From Tubiluchus corallicola (Eukaryota; Animalia; Priapulida): 64,000 nucleotides of DNA. The notes below the pieces were generated by a model. It was not told the DNA's origin, searched no databases, and saw nothing but the letters and a program-made list of their open reading frames with translations. Where the stretch lies: the NCBI GenBank assembly GCA_030141605.1, contig JAQGDQ010000430.1, forward strand, positions 135,128-199,127, read 5' to 3'. The position numbers and the translations under genes were made by a program. This document shows, piece after piece, positions 51,869 through 64,000 of the stretch; position 1 is the first letter of the stretch; every line of letters starts with the position of its first letter.

Positions 51869-52259
51869 CAGGGCCGGATTATGACCGTTTGGGAACCAAA
51901 GCTAATGAAATTATGGGGCCCTGTCAGACGGAGTCAGTCGCTAATTCGGCCACGTCCGTCTTGAATACATATTTACTCATGTTATATTTTAGCGACATTT
52001 ACACAGCTTGAAGTAAACTTATTGCAAATTCTTTAAATAGGCCAGAATAGGCATCTTTTGTCTGTCATTACAAATATTCTTTAAGAAATGCCACTATCTT
52101 ACTATTTATTGCAAACAAAATTAGCACGTGCTGTATTTAAACGCAACCGTTGTGAAAAAGCAGATTTTCTTACAAAATGTTACAAAGTTTGAGAGCTCCA
52201 CAAACTTACGGGACCCTAGGCTGCCACCTACACTAGCCTATAGGATATATCCAGCCCTG
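51869..52259. mobile_element. hAT-superfamily MITE (CAGGGCCGGAT-type ends)
   Basis: CAGGGCCGGAT ... ATCCAGCCCTG TIR (10/11); 8-bp TSD CCCAAAAT (51861-51868) / CCTAAAAT (52260-52267); subterminal GGGGCCC and GGGACCC motifs. Confidence 0.85.
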
Positions 52260-52304
52260 CCTAAAATGGACTACACAAGAAAAAGATTGAAAGCCAATGA
52301 TCTA

Positions 52305-52742
52305 CCGTATTTTCCCGTGTATAAGAGACCCCTTCAATTTTTAGGCAAAAATTCTGGAAAAAAGTTTTTTCAGACGGACATTTTTAGAGGGTAAAGTACA
52401 ACTTTTTTCAACTCAGTGCGGTACTGAAAACAAAATAAAACCAGTTAATGTGTTGTAGAAAAAGAGTACTGTTATATATTAAAGTGCGTACCTGCAAACC
52501 TGTAACAGGAAAAGAGAAAACGAGGAGATAATGCCTGTGTCACGATGCTTGTATTGCTTACAACCGCTTCATAGTCGAACGCCACACGCAAAACAGTTGT
52601 AGAGCACTTATTTCTTTAAAATCATTAGTGTCACAATTTATGCATCTTATTGAAAAGACTTACTCCCATGTATAAGAGACCCCCTATTTTTAAAGTGAAA
52701 ATTCTGAGCAAAAAAGGGTCTCTTATACACGGGAAAATACGG
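52305..52742. mobile_element. Tc1/mariner superfamily (Tc2/pogo-type) MITE
   Basis: Perfect 27-bp TIR CCGTATTTTCCCGTGTATAAGAGACCC / GGGTCTCTTATACACGGGAAAATACGG with TA on both sides; an extra internal copy CCCATGTATAAGAGACCCC at ~52665. Confidence 0.95.
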
Positions 52743-53411
52743 TAACTATTTAGCAGATATAATATAGGCCTAACAGTGCGTTGACGTTGACTTTCAACCA
52801 GTAGTAAATTCATTGCGTTGCCAAAAATATCAAATGCTTCTTTGTTACTCTTCAATGTTAGTGAATGCCTATATAATTATATATTTTTACTTCCCACTGA
52901 TATCAGGATTTGTTTGGGCAGGCTCTCGTTTCATCACTAAACGCAGTTCATATTCGTTTTGCTCGCCCAGCAGGAGTCAAATGACTCCATGATTGGATAA
53001 TTATATCTCCCTACTCAAATAATAGGCAGGTCGGTGGAGAAATTAGTAATGAGTAAACACATTATAACCCTGAATAAGAAGAGAGCCAAAAACCCTGATG
53101 GGGTGTTTGAATATTATTTGGAAGACCGCGCGTAATTTCCGCAATTTACAATAGAAAAGTGAGGAATTTTTAGTATGCTTAATGAGATATTATTTGCAGT
53201 TATGCTTTGCATTATTTTTTGTACAGTTCAACTAAATTTCATTAAAAAATTAATAGTTTATTTTTACAAAACAAAACCGCTTTTTAGATAGCTTATGAAA
53301 AGCAACGTGAAACAAGCAAAGATTGAAAGTATTTCACTTCTTGACGTAATCCTGCATTCTGCGATTAGCGAATTAATAGAAACTTTGGCTTTTTTAAAAA
53401 GTCATCTCCCA

Positions 53412-53857
53412 GCAACAACAGCAAAAGCAGCAACAGCAACACCAATAGTAATAGAATTAGCAATAACAGCAACAGCAATAACAACTGCGACAATGACAGT
53501 GACAGCGACTGCGACAATAACAACAACAATAACAAGAATAACAACAACAACAATGCTACACTACGCTACTCTATGATACACTACACTACGCTACACTACA
53601 CTACACTACACTACACTACACTGCAGTGTACTGCGCTACACTGCTACACTACACTACACTACACTACACTACACTACACTACACTACACTACACTACACT
53701 ACACTACACTACACTACACTACACTACACTACACTGCAGTGCACTGCGCTACGCTGCTACACTGCACTACACTACACTACACTACACTACACTACACTAC
53801 ACTACACTACACTACACTACACTACACTACACTACACTACACTACACTATACTACAC
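53412..53857. repeat. Degenerate (ACA/GCA)n run followed by (CTACA)n pentanucleotide microsatellite
   Basis: Trinucleotide block 53412-53552, then a CTACA run with a duplicated interruption (CTGCAGTGYACTGCGCTACRCTG). Confidence 0.96.
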
Positions 53858-54416
53858 TTTTCGCTGTAATCGTTCATCTTGAATGTCGTTTTTGGGTGGT
53901 TGTAGTACCATGCATAAAAATTACTCCCAAAATGTTGTGATAAAAATCAGAGGTTTAAAATCGTTGTGCAAGTACAATATATGATTATTGCACAATTTTA
54001 TGCATGAGTGCCAGCTAGTGTGACGCCTATCTGCTTACTATGATGCCTATCTGACTTCAGCATCACTTCTCAAGCTTGACAAAATCCAGACAAAGAAATG
54101 AATGCGAACATAATGACGTCATAAATAAAGACGGCAACACAAGATGTTTATCTCCACGTTTTTTCCTCGTTTGTCTGAGAGAACTGCTCATTGTTTTGTA
54201 ATTTTACGTGTCAGAGATCTCACTGGCGTTGGAAAGCTCTTGTAATTCCTATGTAACCGTACAAACGTTTGACGATTCTGACTAATGTGTTTCCAATGCG
54301 GTGGCGTTGAATGTAAGTCAAGACTTTCACAGAGGCATCTCCCTTTGAATAAGTGCTTTCAACTGAAGACGTCAGACTCGTAGGAGAATATCTACTATTT
54401 CTTTTACTGTTTAAAT

Positions 54417-54888
54417 CAGGGGTGTGCAAATTGCGGCCCGCCGAGAGAATTTGTGCGGCCCGCGAAGAGATTTGTCAACCTAATGCAAGTGCGGCCCGGA
54501 CGAGTGTATCCAGCTGAAGTCCGTGCCACGATGCCAAAGATAGTGCGGATAGTTTTTTCTACTAGATCGGATACCATTAACCCTTACAAGACGGCTGTAG
54601 CTTAATAACACTGTACTACACAGACTGTGTGATACACATTACTAATATGCATTGTATTGAAATTACCACTATCTGTCCTGAAAGTAGAAATATATGGTTT
54701 GTAATATAGTTTTAATAACTTCTAAAATAGTTTCTTGGGTGTAGTAGTAATGATGTACACAGGTCGAATGCAAAAAAATCGCTATTAGCCTTTCTGTACT
54801 TGGCTCCTTGATTAAACTGCCTGTGGCCCGCAGGAATTGCGGGAAAGTTTAATGTGGCCCGGCTAGTCTGATAATTTGCACACCCCTA
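54417..54888. mobile_element. hAT (Charlie-like) MITE
   Basis: CAGGGGTGTGCAAATT ... AATTTGCACACCCCTA TIR (15/16); perfect 8-bp TSD GTTTAAAT (54409-54416 and 54889-54896); repeated subterminal (C/T)GGCCCG motifs. Confidence 0.93.
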
Positions 54889-55399
54889 GTTTAAATAATT
54901 ATGACGATTATACCCAAGTGTTGAAATGCGTTGTGTGATGTGTGATTTTTTATGTACATTGTGTTGCGTTGTTCGACAATAAACTAAACTATCTTTATTG
55001 CTTTTATATAAGGAACGTTAAAGAAGTTATGTAGTTTGCTTATAAATTTGTATTTTCATGTATTAGCATAGTGCCAAAGCCTGCATTAACCCAATTACGC
55101 TGCCTACCACATTATTAACTGCCCGAGGTCGACATTACGACACTCGTCAAAGGGGATTTCTCACTTTTTTAGTTTTGTTAACTATGCAGACCTGTAAACT
55201 GCTTTGTGATCAGAAACTGTTTCGTATCTCAATAAACTAATAATTTTTATAGAATCGATTAATAAATTTTAATCGAAGTAAACCGTAAGTTTTCTTAAAT
55301 CGACTCCACTATAATTATTCGAAGGAAAATCTACTAAAATGCTGTAAAATTTGCTAATTTGCACTTGAAACAATAGTTGTTAAAACAAACACCAAAACA

Positions 55400-55525
55400 A
55401 GATGTACAGAGATTAAATATTGAATAATGTAAAGCGTATGAATTGATGGTGGCAGCTACGGGTTTCGAACCCCAGGCTGAGACTATGAGAAGCTCGTCAT
55501 TAATCCGCGACGCAGACCAATACAC
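55400..55525 (-). mobile_element. Diverged tRNA-derived SINE, probably related to family A
   Basis: Reverse complement GGGGTTCGAAACCCGTAGCTGCCACCATCAATTCATACGCTTTACAT: a B box plus GCTGCCA and CATAC...TACAT, as in family A copies. Confidence 0.45.
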
Positions 55526-57279
55526 TGTAAGCGTGTTTATTTTTTTCTTTTGTTGCAGTTCATATAAAGCAGCATAAAAAACTATTAAGGATTTATCAAC
55601 CTAATCAAATTAACTGGCTTTAATTTACCTAGCTTTAGTTTCAATACAGTGATATGTTTAGTATGACTTATCACTGTAAGGACTGTACACAAATTTACAA
55701 AACTGTATTAAGAACTACATATAAATTTACAAAAATGCGCTTAGAAACTAATAAACTATTAAATGTAATCAAATTAGTTTGCCTTTACTCAAAGATACAT
55801 TAATTCTGACTTGATGCCTTAATTAGCGCTGAAATAATACTGACACAGTTCAATGTTTACAAACCATGCATTCGTAACCGGGCTGATGTACTGGGTGGTG
55901 CAGAAAATATATTCTGAAGTTTAGACTAATATAGTACATTAGAGCAATTGCTCTACAAATATGCAGGACAATTACTCTAATACTATTTTACTCTAAACTT
56001 CGGCAGTTTCACAGTTCGATATTAGAATACATTAGCGTTTGGCTTAAGTTAAACTTTATGGTTTTAGCAGTTATTAGGTTAGTAAAAATTTAAATGCCGA
56101 AACAATGTCAGTTAAAGCATAAATTGAAAAATAGCCACACTGACGTATTAAACACTCAATACATGACATCAAAATAATAAAGAAATTGTTTTCACCACAA
56201 AAATAAAACATTGATAAAATGTGTAATCAAGAAAAAACAGGATTTAATCGTTTGGGACTGTAATAAGTATAAAACAGCCACACGGAGCCATTTGATGCGG
56301 AGGCACTAAAGTCAAAAATTGTTGAGCGGTTAGACCAAATTCCTTTTAAAGAAGTGAGAAACTGTATCACTTGTTGGAAGAAACGTCCTCGTCTAGTTTG
56401 CAGCAAAAATGATTGACACGTAGATCACTTGCCGTAAATTTTAACAATAGTGATACTACAAAAAAATTTCCGGCATTTACTTTTTGACTTGTTGATGTAA
56501 AACTTCTGTGCACTTGTATAAATCTAATGCCTAAATTTTTCATATCTCTATGTCTGTGAGATTGGGTGTGGTAATTTTCAAACGTTTTGGTCACAGTTTT
56601 CTTCTTGTGTCATCATCATGATCAAACTTCATGAGCATCATCATCGTGTATAATCATCATCATCATGTATCGTCGTGATCAAAACTTGGGCTCATTTTTT
56701 TGCGCCAGCTAATACAAATTTACAAACGCATTGTTGGAAACTCATTTCCGAAATAAGGAAATTAATTTGCTCTGTTTAAATAATTGTACAAAGTACTCAA
56801 GGAAAAAGTGCATAATTACTTCTGTAGTTTTATTGTTCAAGTATGTGTATAGGAAACCTGCCTTATCGCATTATTAACTGTGTAATAGGCAATTAATTGG
56901 CCTAATATAAAGTTCAAGGCAGGAAATAACTCTTTGGGAAAACCTGACGTCCGTGAAAGTTGAGGCAAAGCTATCTCTAAACTTAATATGTACTACTGTA
57001 GTTAAAGGGAAGTAAAGTTTTCTCCACGTTAAGAGCCAAACCTATCTCTGAACTTAATAAAGACACTGTAGGTGTCGGGATAGAATTCCCATGATTATAT
57101 TTTGAATTGTAATATGTTGTGACGTCTACTAGCCCTTATATATTTTCATTTACAGATTGTATGTTATGAAGTGATAATGTAAATAAGTACATCATGATGT
57201 TTTAACTCATTTATTTATTGCTTTCATTTACAAATATATACAGATGACACAGTAATGGACATCAAACACTAATAATACT

Positions 57280-57312
<33 letters not shown>

Positions 57313-57553
57313 TAATTCTTTATTTGTCATTAAAATGGCTCACTCATTATAATAAAATTGAGTAATCCTCAGCGTAATGTTAAAATAACAACACTGTTCA
57401 AGACAAATGCGTCCAGTGCATACTAAAAAAACTAAAGTGCAAAACAAACTTAAGATAAAAACATTGAGTGTAATGCATTAAATGAAAAATAAAAACAAAT
57501 TCTATTCCTGTCCTCGACTTGCACATTAAAAATGCACAGTGAATAAGCAAGAC

Positions 57554-60500
57554 AACGTTGTTTTTTCTAGCTTTGCCCGTCTACTTGTGTCCCTCGGGTT
57601 CTACGTTGTTTTTTCTAGCTTTGCCCGTCTACTTGTGTCCCTCGGGTTCTACGTTGTTTTTTCTAGCTTTGCCCGTCTACTTGTCTCCCTCAGGTTCTAC
57701 GTTGTTTTTTCTAGCTTTGCCCGTCTACTTGTCTCCCTCGGGTTCTACGTTGTTTTTTCTAGCTTTGCCCGTCTACTTCTCTCCCTCGGGTTCTACGTTG
57801 TTTTTTCTAGCTTTGCCCGTCTACTTGTCTCCTCGGGTTCTACGTTGTTTTTTCTAGCTTTGCCCGTCTACTTGTCTCCCTCGGGTTCTACGTTGTTTTT
57901 CACCCCCACTCTCCCTCGGGTTCTACGTTGTTTTTTCTAGCTTTGCCCGTCTACTTGTCTCACTCGGGTTCTACGTTGTTTTTTCTAGCCTTGCCCGTCT
58001 ACTTGTCTCACTCGGGTTCTACGTTGTTTTTTCTAGCTTTTCCCGTCTACTTGTCTCCTCGGGTTCTACGTTGTTTTTTCTAGCTTTGCCCGTCTACTTG
58101 TCTCACTCGGGTTCTACGTTGTTTTTTCGAGCTTTGCCCGTCTACTTGTCTCACTCAGGTTCTACGTTGTTTTTTCTAGCTTTGCCCGTCTACTTGTCTC
58201 ACTCGGGTTCTATGTTGTTTTTTCTAGCTTTGCCCGTCTACTTGTCTCACTCGGGTTCTACGTTGTTTTTTCTAGCTTTGCCCGTCTACTTGTCTCCCTC
58301 GGGTTCTACGTTGTTTTTTCTAGCTTTGCCCGTCTACTTCTCTCCCTCGGGTTCTACGTTGTTTTTTCTAGCTTTGCCCGTCTACTTGTCTCCCTCGGGT
58401 TCTACGTTGTTTTTTCTAGCTTTGCCCGTCTACTTCTCTCCCTCGGGTTCTACGTTGTTTTTTCTAGCTTTGCCCGTCTACTTGTCTCCTCGGGTTCTAC
58501 GTTGTTTTTTCTAGCTTTGCCCGTCTACTTGTCTCCCTCGGGTTCTACGTTGTTTTTTTAGCCTTGCCCGTCTACTTGTCTCCCTCGGGTTCTACGTTGT
58601 TTTTTTCTAGCCTTGCCCGTCTACTTGTCTCCCTCGGGTTCAACGTTGTTTTTTCTAGCTTTGCCCGTCTACTTGTCTCCCTCGGGTTCTACGTTGTTTT
58701 TTCTAGCTTTGCCCGTCTACTTGTCTCCTCGGGTTCTACGTTGTTTTTTCTAGCTTTGCCCGTCTACTTGTCTCACTCGGGTTCTACGTTGTTTTTTCTA
58801 GCTTTGCCGTCTACTTCTCTCCCTCGGGTTCTACGTTGTTTTTTCTAGCTTTGCCCGTCTACTTGTCTCCTCGGGTTCTACGTTGTTTTTTCTAGCTTTG
58901 CCCGTCTACTTGTCTCACTCGGGTTCTACGTTGTTTTTTCTAGCCTTGCCCGTCTACTTGTCTCACTCGGGTTCTACGTTGTTTTTTCTAGCTTTTCCCG
59001 TCTACTTGTCTCCTCGGGTTCTACGTTGTTTTTTCTAGCTTTGCCCGTCTACTTGTCTCCCTCGGGTTCTACGTTGTTTTTTCTAGCTTTGCCCGTCTAC
59101 TTGTCTCACTCGGGTTCTACGTTGTTTTTTCTAGCTTTGCCCGTCTACTTGTCTCCCTCGGGTTCTACGTTGTTTTTTCTAGCTTTGCCCGTCTACTTGT
59201 CTCACTCGGGTTCTACGTTGTTTTTTCTAGCTTTGCCCGTCTACTTGTCTCCCTCGGGTTCTACGTTGTTTTTTCTAGCTTTGCCCGTCTACTTCTCTCC
59301 CTCGGGTTCTACGTTGTTTTTTCTAGCTTTGCCCGTCTACTTGCCTCCCTCGGGTTCTACGTTGTTTTTTCTAGCTTTGCCCGTCTACTTGTCTCCCTCA
59401 GGTTCTACGTTGTTTTTTCTAGCTTTGCCCGTCTACTTCTCTCCCTCGGGTTCTACGTTGTTTTTTCTAGCTTTGCCCGTCTACTTGTCTCCTCGGGTTC
59501 TACGTTGTTTTTTCTAGCTTTGCCTGTCTACTTGTCTCCCTCGGGTTCTACGTTGTTTTTTCTAGCTTTGCCCGTCTACTTGTCTCACTCGGGTTCTACG
59601 TTGTTTTTTCTAGCCTTGCCCGTCTACTTGTCTCTTCGGGTTCTACGTTGTTTTTTCTAGCTTTGCCCGTCTACTTGTCTCCCTTGGGTTCTACGTTGTT
59701 TTTTCTAGCTTTGCCCGTCTACTTGTCTCACTCGGGTTCTACGTTGTTTTTTCTAGCCTTGCCCATCTACTTCTCTCCCTCGGGTTCTACGTTGTTTTTT
59801 CTAGCTTTGCCCATCTACTTGTCTCACTCGGGTTCTACGTTGTTTTTTCTAGCTTTGCCCATCTACTTGTGTCCCTCGGGTTCTACGTTGTTTTTTCTAG
59901 CTTTCCCGTCTACTTGTCTCACTCGGGTTCTACGTTGTTTTTTCTAGCCTTGCCCGTCTACTTGTCTCACTCGGGTTCTACGTTGTTTTTTCTAGCTTTG
60001 CCCGTCTACTTGTCTCCCTCGGGTTCTACGTTGTTTTTTCTAGCCTTGCCCGTCTACTTGTCTCCCTCGGGTTCTACGTTGTTTTTTCTAGCTTTGCCCG
60101 TCTACTTGTCTCACTCGGGTTCTACGTTGTTTTTTCTAGCTTTGCCCATCTACTTGTGTCCCTCGGGTTCTACGTTGTTTTTTCTAGCTTTGCCCGTCTA
60201 CTTGTCTCACTCGGGTTCTACGTTGTTTTTTCTAGCTTTGCCCGTCTACTTGTCTCCTCGGGTTCTACGTTGTTTTTTCTAGCTTTGCCCGTCTACTTGT
60301 CTCCTCGGGTTCTACGTTGTTTTTTCTAGCTTTGCCCGTCTACTTGCCTCCCTCGGGTTCTACGTTGTTTTTTCTAGCTTTGCCCGTCTACTTGTCTCCC
60401 TCAGGTTCTACGTTGTTTTTTCTAGCTTTGCCCGTCTACTTGTCTCCCTCAGGTTCTACGTTGTTTTTTCTAGCTTTGCCCGTCTACTTGTCTCCTCGGG

Positions 60501-60790
60501 TTCTACGTTGTTTTTTCTAGCTTTGCCCGTCTACTTGTCTCCTCGGGTTCTACGTTGTTTTTTCGAGCCTTGCCCGTCTACTTGTCTCCCTCGGGTTCTA
60601 CGTTGTTTTTTCTAGCTTTGCCCGTCTACTTGTCTCCTCGGGTTCTACGTTGTTTTTTCTAGCTTTGCCCGTCTACTTGTCTCACTCGGGTTCTACGTTG
60701 TTTTTTCTAGCCTTGCCCGTCTACTTGTGTCCCCCGGGTTCTACGTTGTTTTTTCTAGCTTTGCCCGTCTACTTGTGTCCCTCGGGTTCT
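57554..60790. repeat. 47-48-bp minisatellite/satellite array, ~3.2 kb (~67 units)
   Basis: Unit CTACGTTGTTTTTTCTAGCTTTGCCCGTCTACTTGTCTCCCTCGGGTT (starts at 57601 and 57649), highly homogeneous. 47-bp variants shift the frame, so the FFLALPVYLSPSGSTL ORFs are artefacts. Confidence 0.99.
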
Positions 60791-60954
60791 ATTTCATCCC
60801 CGCTTTACTGGCTTAATGCAGGCGTTTTGTTCCGATAGCAACTCTGATTTTACCCAATCCATCACGCTCCTATCTCACTAACATGCAACTCTTCTTCCGT
60901 CGAGGATTTCGTGAGATAAATGAATTATCTGCAGCTCACGATTGTTTTCAGCTA

Positions 60955-61498
60955 TACAAAGCGTGTATTGGGAAAAATTATGCTAAAATTTCATGCTTGA
61001 TGTACAGGGTGGCTCAAAACCGTGGTACTACTGAAGAAATCATACAAAACGCATGTTATGTATTGGGAAAAAATATGTCAAAATTTCATGGTTGATGTAC
61101 AGGGTGGCTCAAAACTGTGGTACTACTAAAGAGTCATACTGTTACGTATTTAAAAAAATTATGCTAAAATTTAATATTCGATGTACAGGGTGGCTCAAAC
61201 CTGATGGTACTACTAAAGAGTCATGCTGTTATGTATTTGCAAAAAATATGTTAAAATTTCATAGTTGATGTATATAGAGTGGCCCAAAACTGATGGTACT
61301 ACTAAAGAAATCATGCAAGTCGTATGTTATGTACTGGGACAAATTAAGCTAAAATTTCATGCTTGATGTACAGGGTGGCCAAAGACTGATGTTTACTACT
61401 AAAGAAATCATACAAGACGTATGTTATGTATTGGGAAAAATTAAACTAAAATTTCATGCTTGACGTACAGGGTGGCCAAAGACTGATTTTTACTACTC
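60955..61498. repeat. ~85-97-bp tandem array, 6 units, with a TACAGGGTGG core
   Basis: GTATTGGGAAAAATTATGCTAAAATTTCATGCTTGATGTACAGGGTGGCTCAAAAC.GTGGTACTACT recurs with cores at ~61002, 61098, 61183, 61272, 61368 and 61465. Confidence 0.93.
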
Positions 61499-64000
61499 AG
61501 ACCGATCAAAAAGCATGGCACACTTAGACTTAAGGCAAAAGAATTAGTTATAGAAAACAAAAAATTGGATGAAACAAATTTCAGAAATCAAGTTCGCAAC
61601 AATTTTTTTTCGAAAACCTAGTTGCTACATTGTCAAAAATCAAAGCTTGCATCCCACGTGCAAAAAATAGAAATTCTGTCTTACTGAAAAAATGGTGTTA
61701 AAACGTCTCGAAAACAAGTAAAGCTCAATATGCTCAATTTTGCTCATACAAGGTGCTAAAAATGGCGGAGATACTGCCGATTACCACGTGATTATAGCTG
61801 CTAATTCTCTTTATAAATCATTCCAGTTCCTACGGCCCACAGGCAACGCAATGTTTATTTTCTTGAAGCACCTCTCGTGTCTTCCTGGTTTTAATTAATG
61901 ATTTAGCCGCTTGGTTTCATATCTTGCATGCGTCAAATAGGAAGCACGCGTCTTGTCGTCTCGCCCAACACGCATGCGCCGAAAAAGAAACACGTGACCA
62001 AGTCGGTCTCAACAACACGCACGAGTATTCAGCTAGACACGTGCTTGTCAAACTCAGCCTCCCAGTTTATAATTATTACCTTTACCTGGATTAATTGGAA
62101 AGGTAATCATCCGTGCGGAATTAATGATAAAACAAAGAGCAAAGCATTGGCCGCCATTGTGAGGTGCGTGAAACCAGGTGGAGGCGTTACATTAGACATG
62201 CCCGCGGGGGAACTGAATGACCGTGCTCATTGTGTTCTTTGGGCCAGAAGCGTTTTCTCAGTCAATGTAACGTCTCTCAGAGTGACATAATTCCTTAAAA
62301 ATTCTACGAAAAAAATGCCAAAAAAGATTCCGCACATTACAAGCTGGATTCCAGGGCTCAATGGTAGGGCCTACTGAAAGTGTGTGAAGCACTCTAAGAT
62401 GAAAGAGTAAATCTGAGGGGTTATCTCTGCCACGTAACCACGTTTGGTATGACCTTCTCTCTTCCCCCAGCGAGGTAAATCTTACCCAATGACAGTGCAG
62501 AATCTAAAGCATCCCAGCATGAATATTGAGCCTCGGTACCAACCTGTTTACCCGCCAAGATTTATAATAGACCCAGTGTTAAAACATTGTAAAATGACAA
62601 CATCAGGAGGAAAGCAGTGACTTACTAACCTGACTATTATTCTTGTCATATTCTCTCTTTATCCCTCTCCGCTTCTCTCTCTCTTGCTACCTCTTTCTTT
62701 TCAGGTGATTAACTCTGAGAAGTTTTCTTCACCTATTACGAAGAATTGGTGGTTTCCTTTAACAATTTTTATGTTTGTCTAATGTCCTAATTCTTCCCCA
62801 TTGCAAATATTGTGTCTTGTTGTACATATGAACTTTGTTGCGAACAAAGTAATAAATCAAATCAAAATCTCTCCCACTCTCTCTGATTTCTCAATTTCAT
62901 TCGTGATCGTTATTTTAATAATTACTGCTTTATTCCACTGACTTTTTATTCCACTATTATTTCAAAATCACAACATGGAGATTATGATTTCTGTGATTTC
63001 AATTATTTCAATGATCTTTCAATATGCATATTTCACCTAAATTGTACACGTAGTTCGAAATTAAAGGAAAGCACAAGTCACTTAGCATGTTGGGTTTATT
63101 TGACTGTTTACGGTTACACTTAAAAAATAACGAAGAAATTTGAAAAAACTGTCCATAAAGTATATAGTTAATTTATACTACCACTATGTAGAAATTTTCA
63201 GGTGCGGTGGCAGCCGCCATTCACTTAGAAATTATAACGTAACTGGTGGACTCCGAGACTTATTGTAAGCACTTTGTAAACTTCAGTAAATGCGCACTGC
63301 TTAAAATTATTTAAACTTCTGCAGCATAACTATCGTTCTTTCAAAAATATCATAATTAGCTGTCTAAATTTGTTGTAAAAACTTATTATACCTTTCACAG
63401 ACGTAATTAGTGGAAGAATTGCCATTCAAAATGGGAGCACCCAAGTGTGAAATGATCGTGACTATAAATTGATTTTACTATTTACACAAGACTCGTGTCG
63501 CACTATCATTATTAAATCTTTCTAACGTCTTTAACGAAATAACTTTAGCTTCCTAGAATGGTTAGCCTTTCCTTTAAAAAATCATTTTTTAAATTATTTC
63601 AGCGTGTGGCGATGTGTTTTGTGTATAATTGCATTTTGTGAACCTATTTTCAAGGTATCATTACTTAAACATCAAAACCAGCAGACGAAAACTGAAATAA
63701 GTGACGTTACAAAGTTCTGATTATTCAACGTAAATTGATTTCAAAAATTAATGTAAGATATTAAATGACTGAATTGCTCTCTAACATGCATTCTTTACCC
63801 CAAAAAGCCTAAAATGATAATTATGTAGTTCAAAAAGGACAATAAATATAGCATTTACATCATTCAACAGCGGCCATTTTGAAATTTGGGAAAAGAGGTC
63901 ACTAGAGGTCGCCTCCAACCTGCTGGCTATCCATTTAGATACTGACACGCCACTGGTATAACAGTATATAGTTTTTTTGCTGGATGACTGCTATTTATCA

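Noticed and set aside
55488-55500. GAAGCTCGTC match to the start of miR-993; I also looked by eye for miR-10 and other conserved miRNAs
   Set aside because: Only 10 nt match, no precursor hairpin, and it sits in a tRNA-derived relic. No conserved miRNA was seen, but an eye search is not exhaustive.
57539-60838. Repetitive membrane-protein-like ORFs (FFLALPVYLSPSGSTL)n
   Set aside because: Frequent 47-bp units break the frame and the variants show no codon-position bias; a non-coding tandem array.
63190-63245. Possible small exon TTTTCAG|GTGCGG...ATAAC|GTAACT
   Set aside because: Weak pyrimidine tract and donor; GGTGGCAGCCGC also matches the antisense of the family-A SINE head, so it may be a repeat remnant.

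Overview
AT-rich, repeat-dense DNA from a eukaryote, most likely a metazoan invertebrate. It reads as intergenic sequence or a very long intron. I found no intact protein-coding gene: the long ORFs in the track are translations of microsatellites, minisatellites or decayed transposons. Well supported: two identical initiator tRNA-Met(CAT) genes plus a decayed third copy (~11.1-11.8 kb) and one tRNA-Ser(GCT) gene (46.6 kb). Also well supported: five copies of a ~600-bp TTAA-flanked Kolobok-type non-autonomous DNA transposon, intact hAT and Tc2/pogo-type MITEs with visible TIRs and TSDs (51.9-54.9 kb), and 3' fragments of non-LTR retrotransposons. There are two tRNA-derived repeat families, five tandem arrays (56, 54, ~185, 48 and ~85-97 bp units) and many long microsatellites. 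The features most worth a second look are a 12-unit array in which each unit carries a 14-bp hairpin, a 56-bp array with a homogenised core inside an old diverged array, a foldback-like element, a satellite seemingly built from a mariner-like end, and a probable decayed DIRS/Ngaro retrotransposon. I see no convincing evidence of a new gene system. All family assignments are by eye, without database searches.
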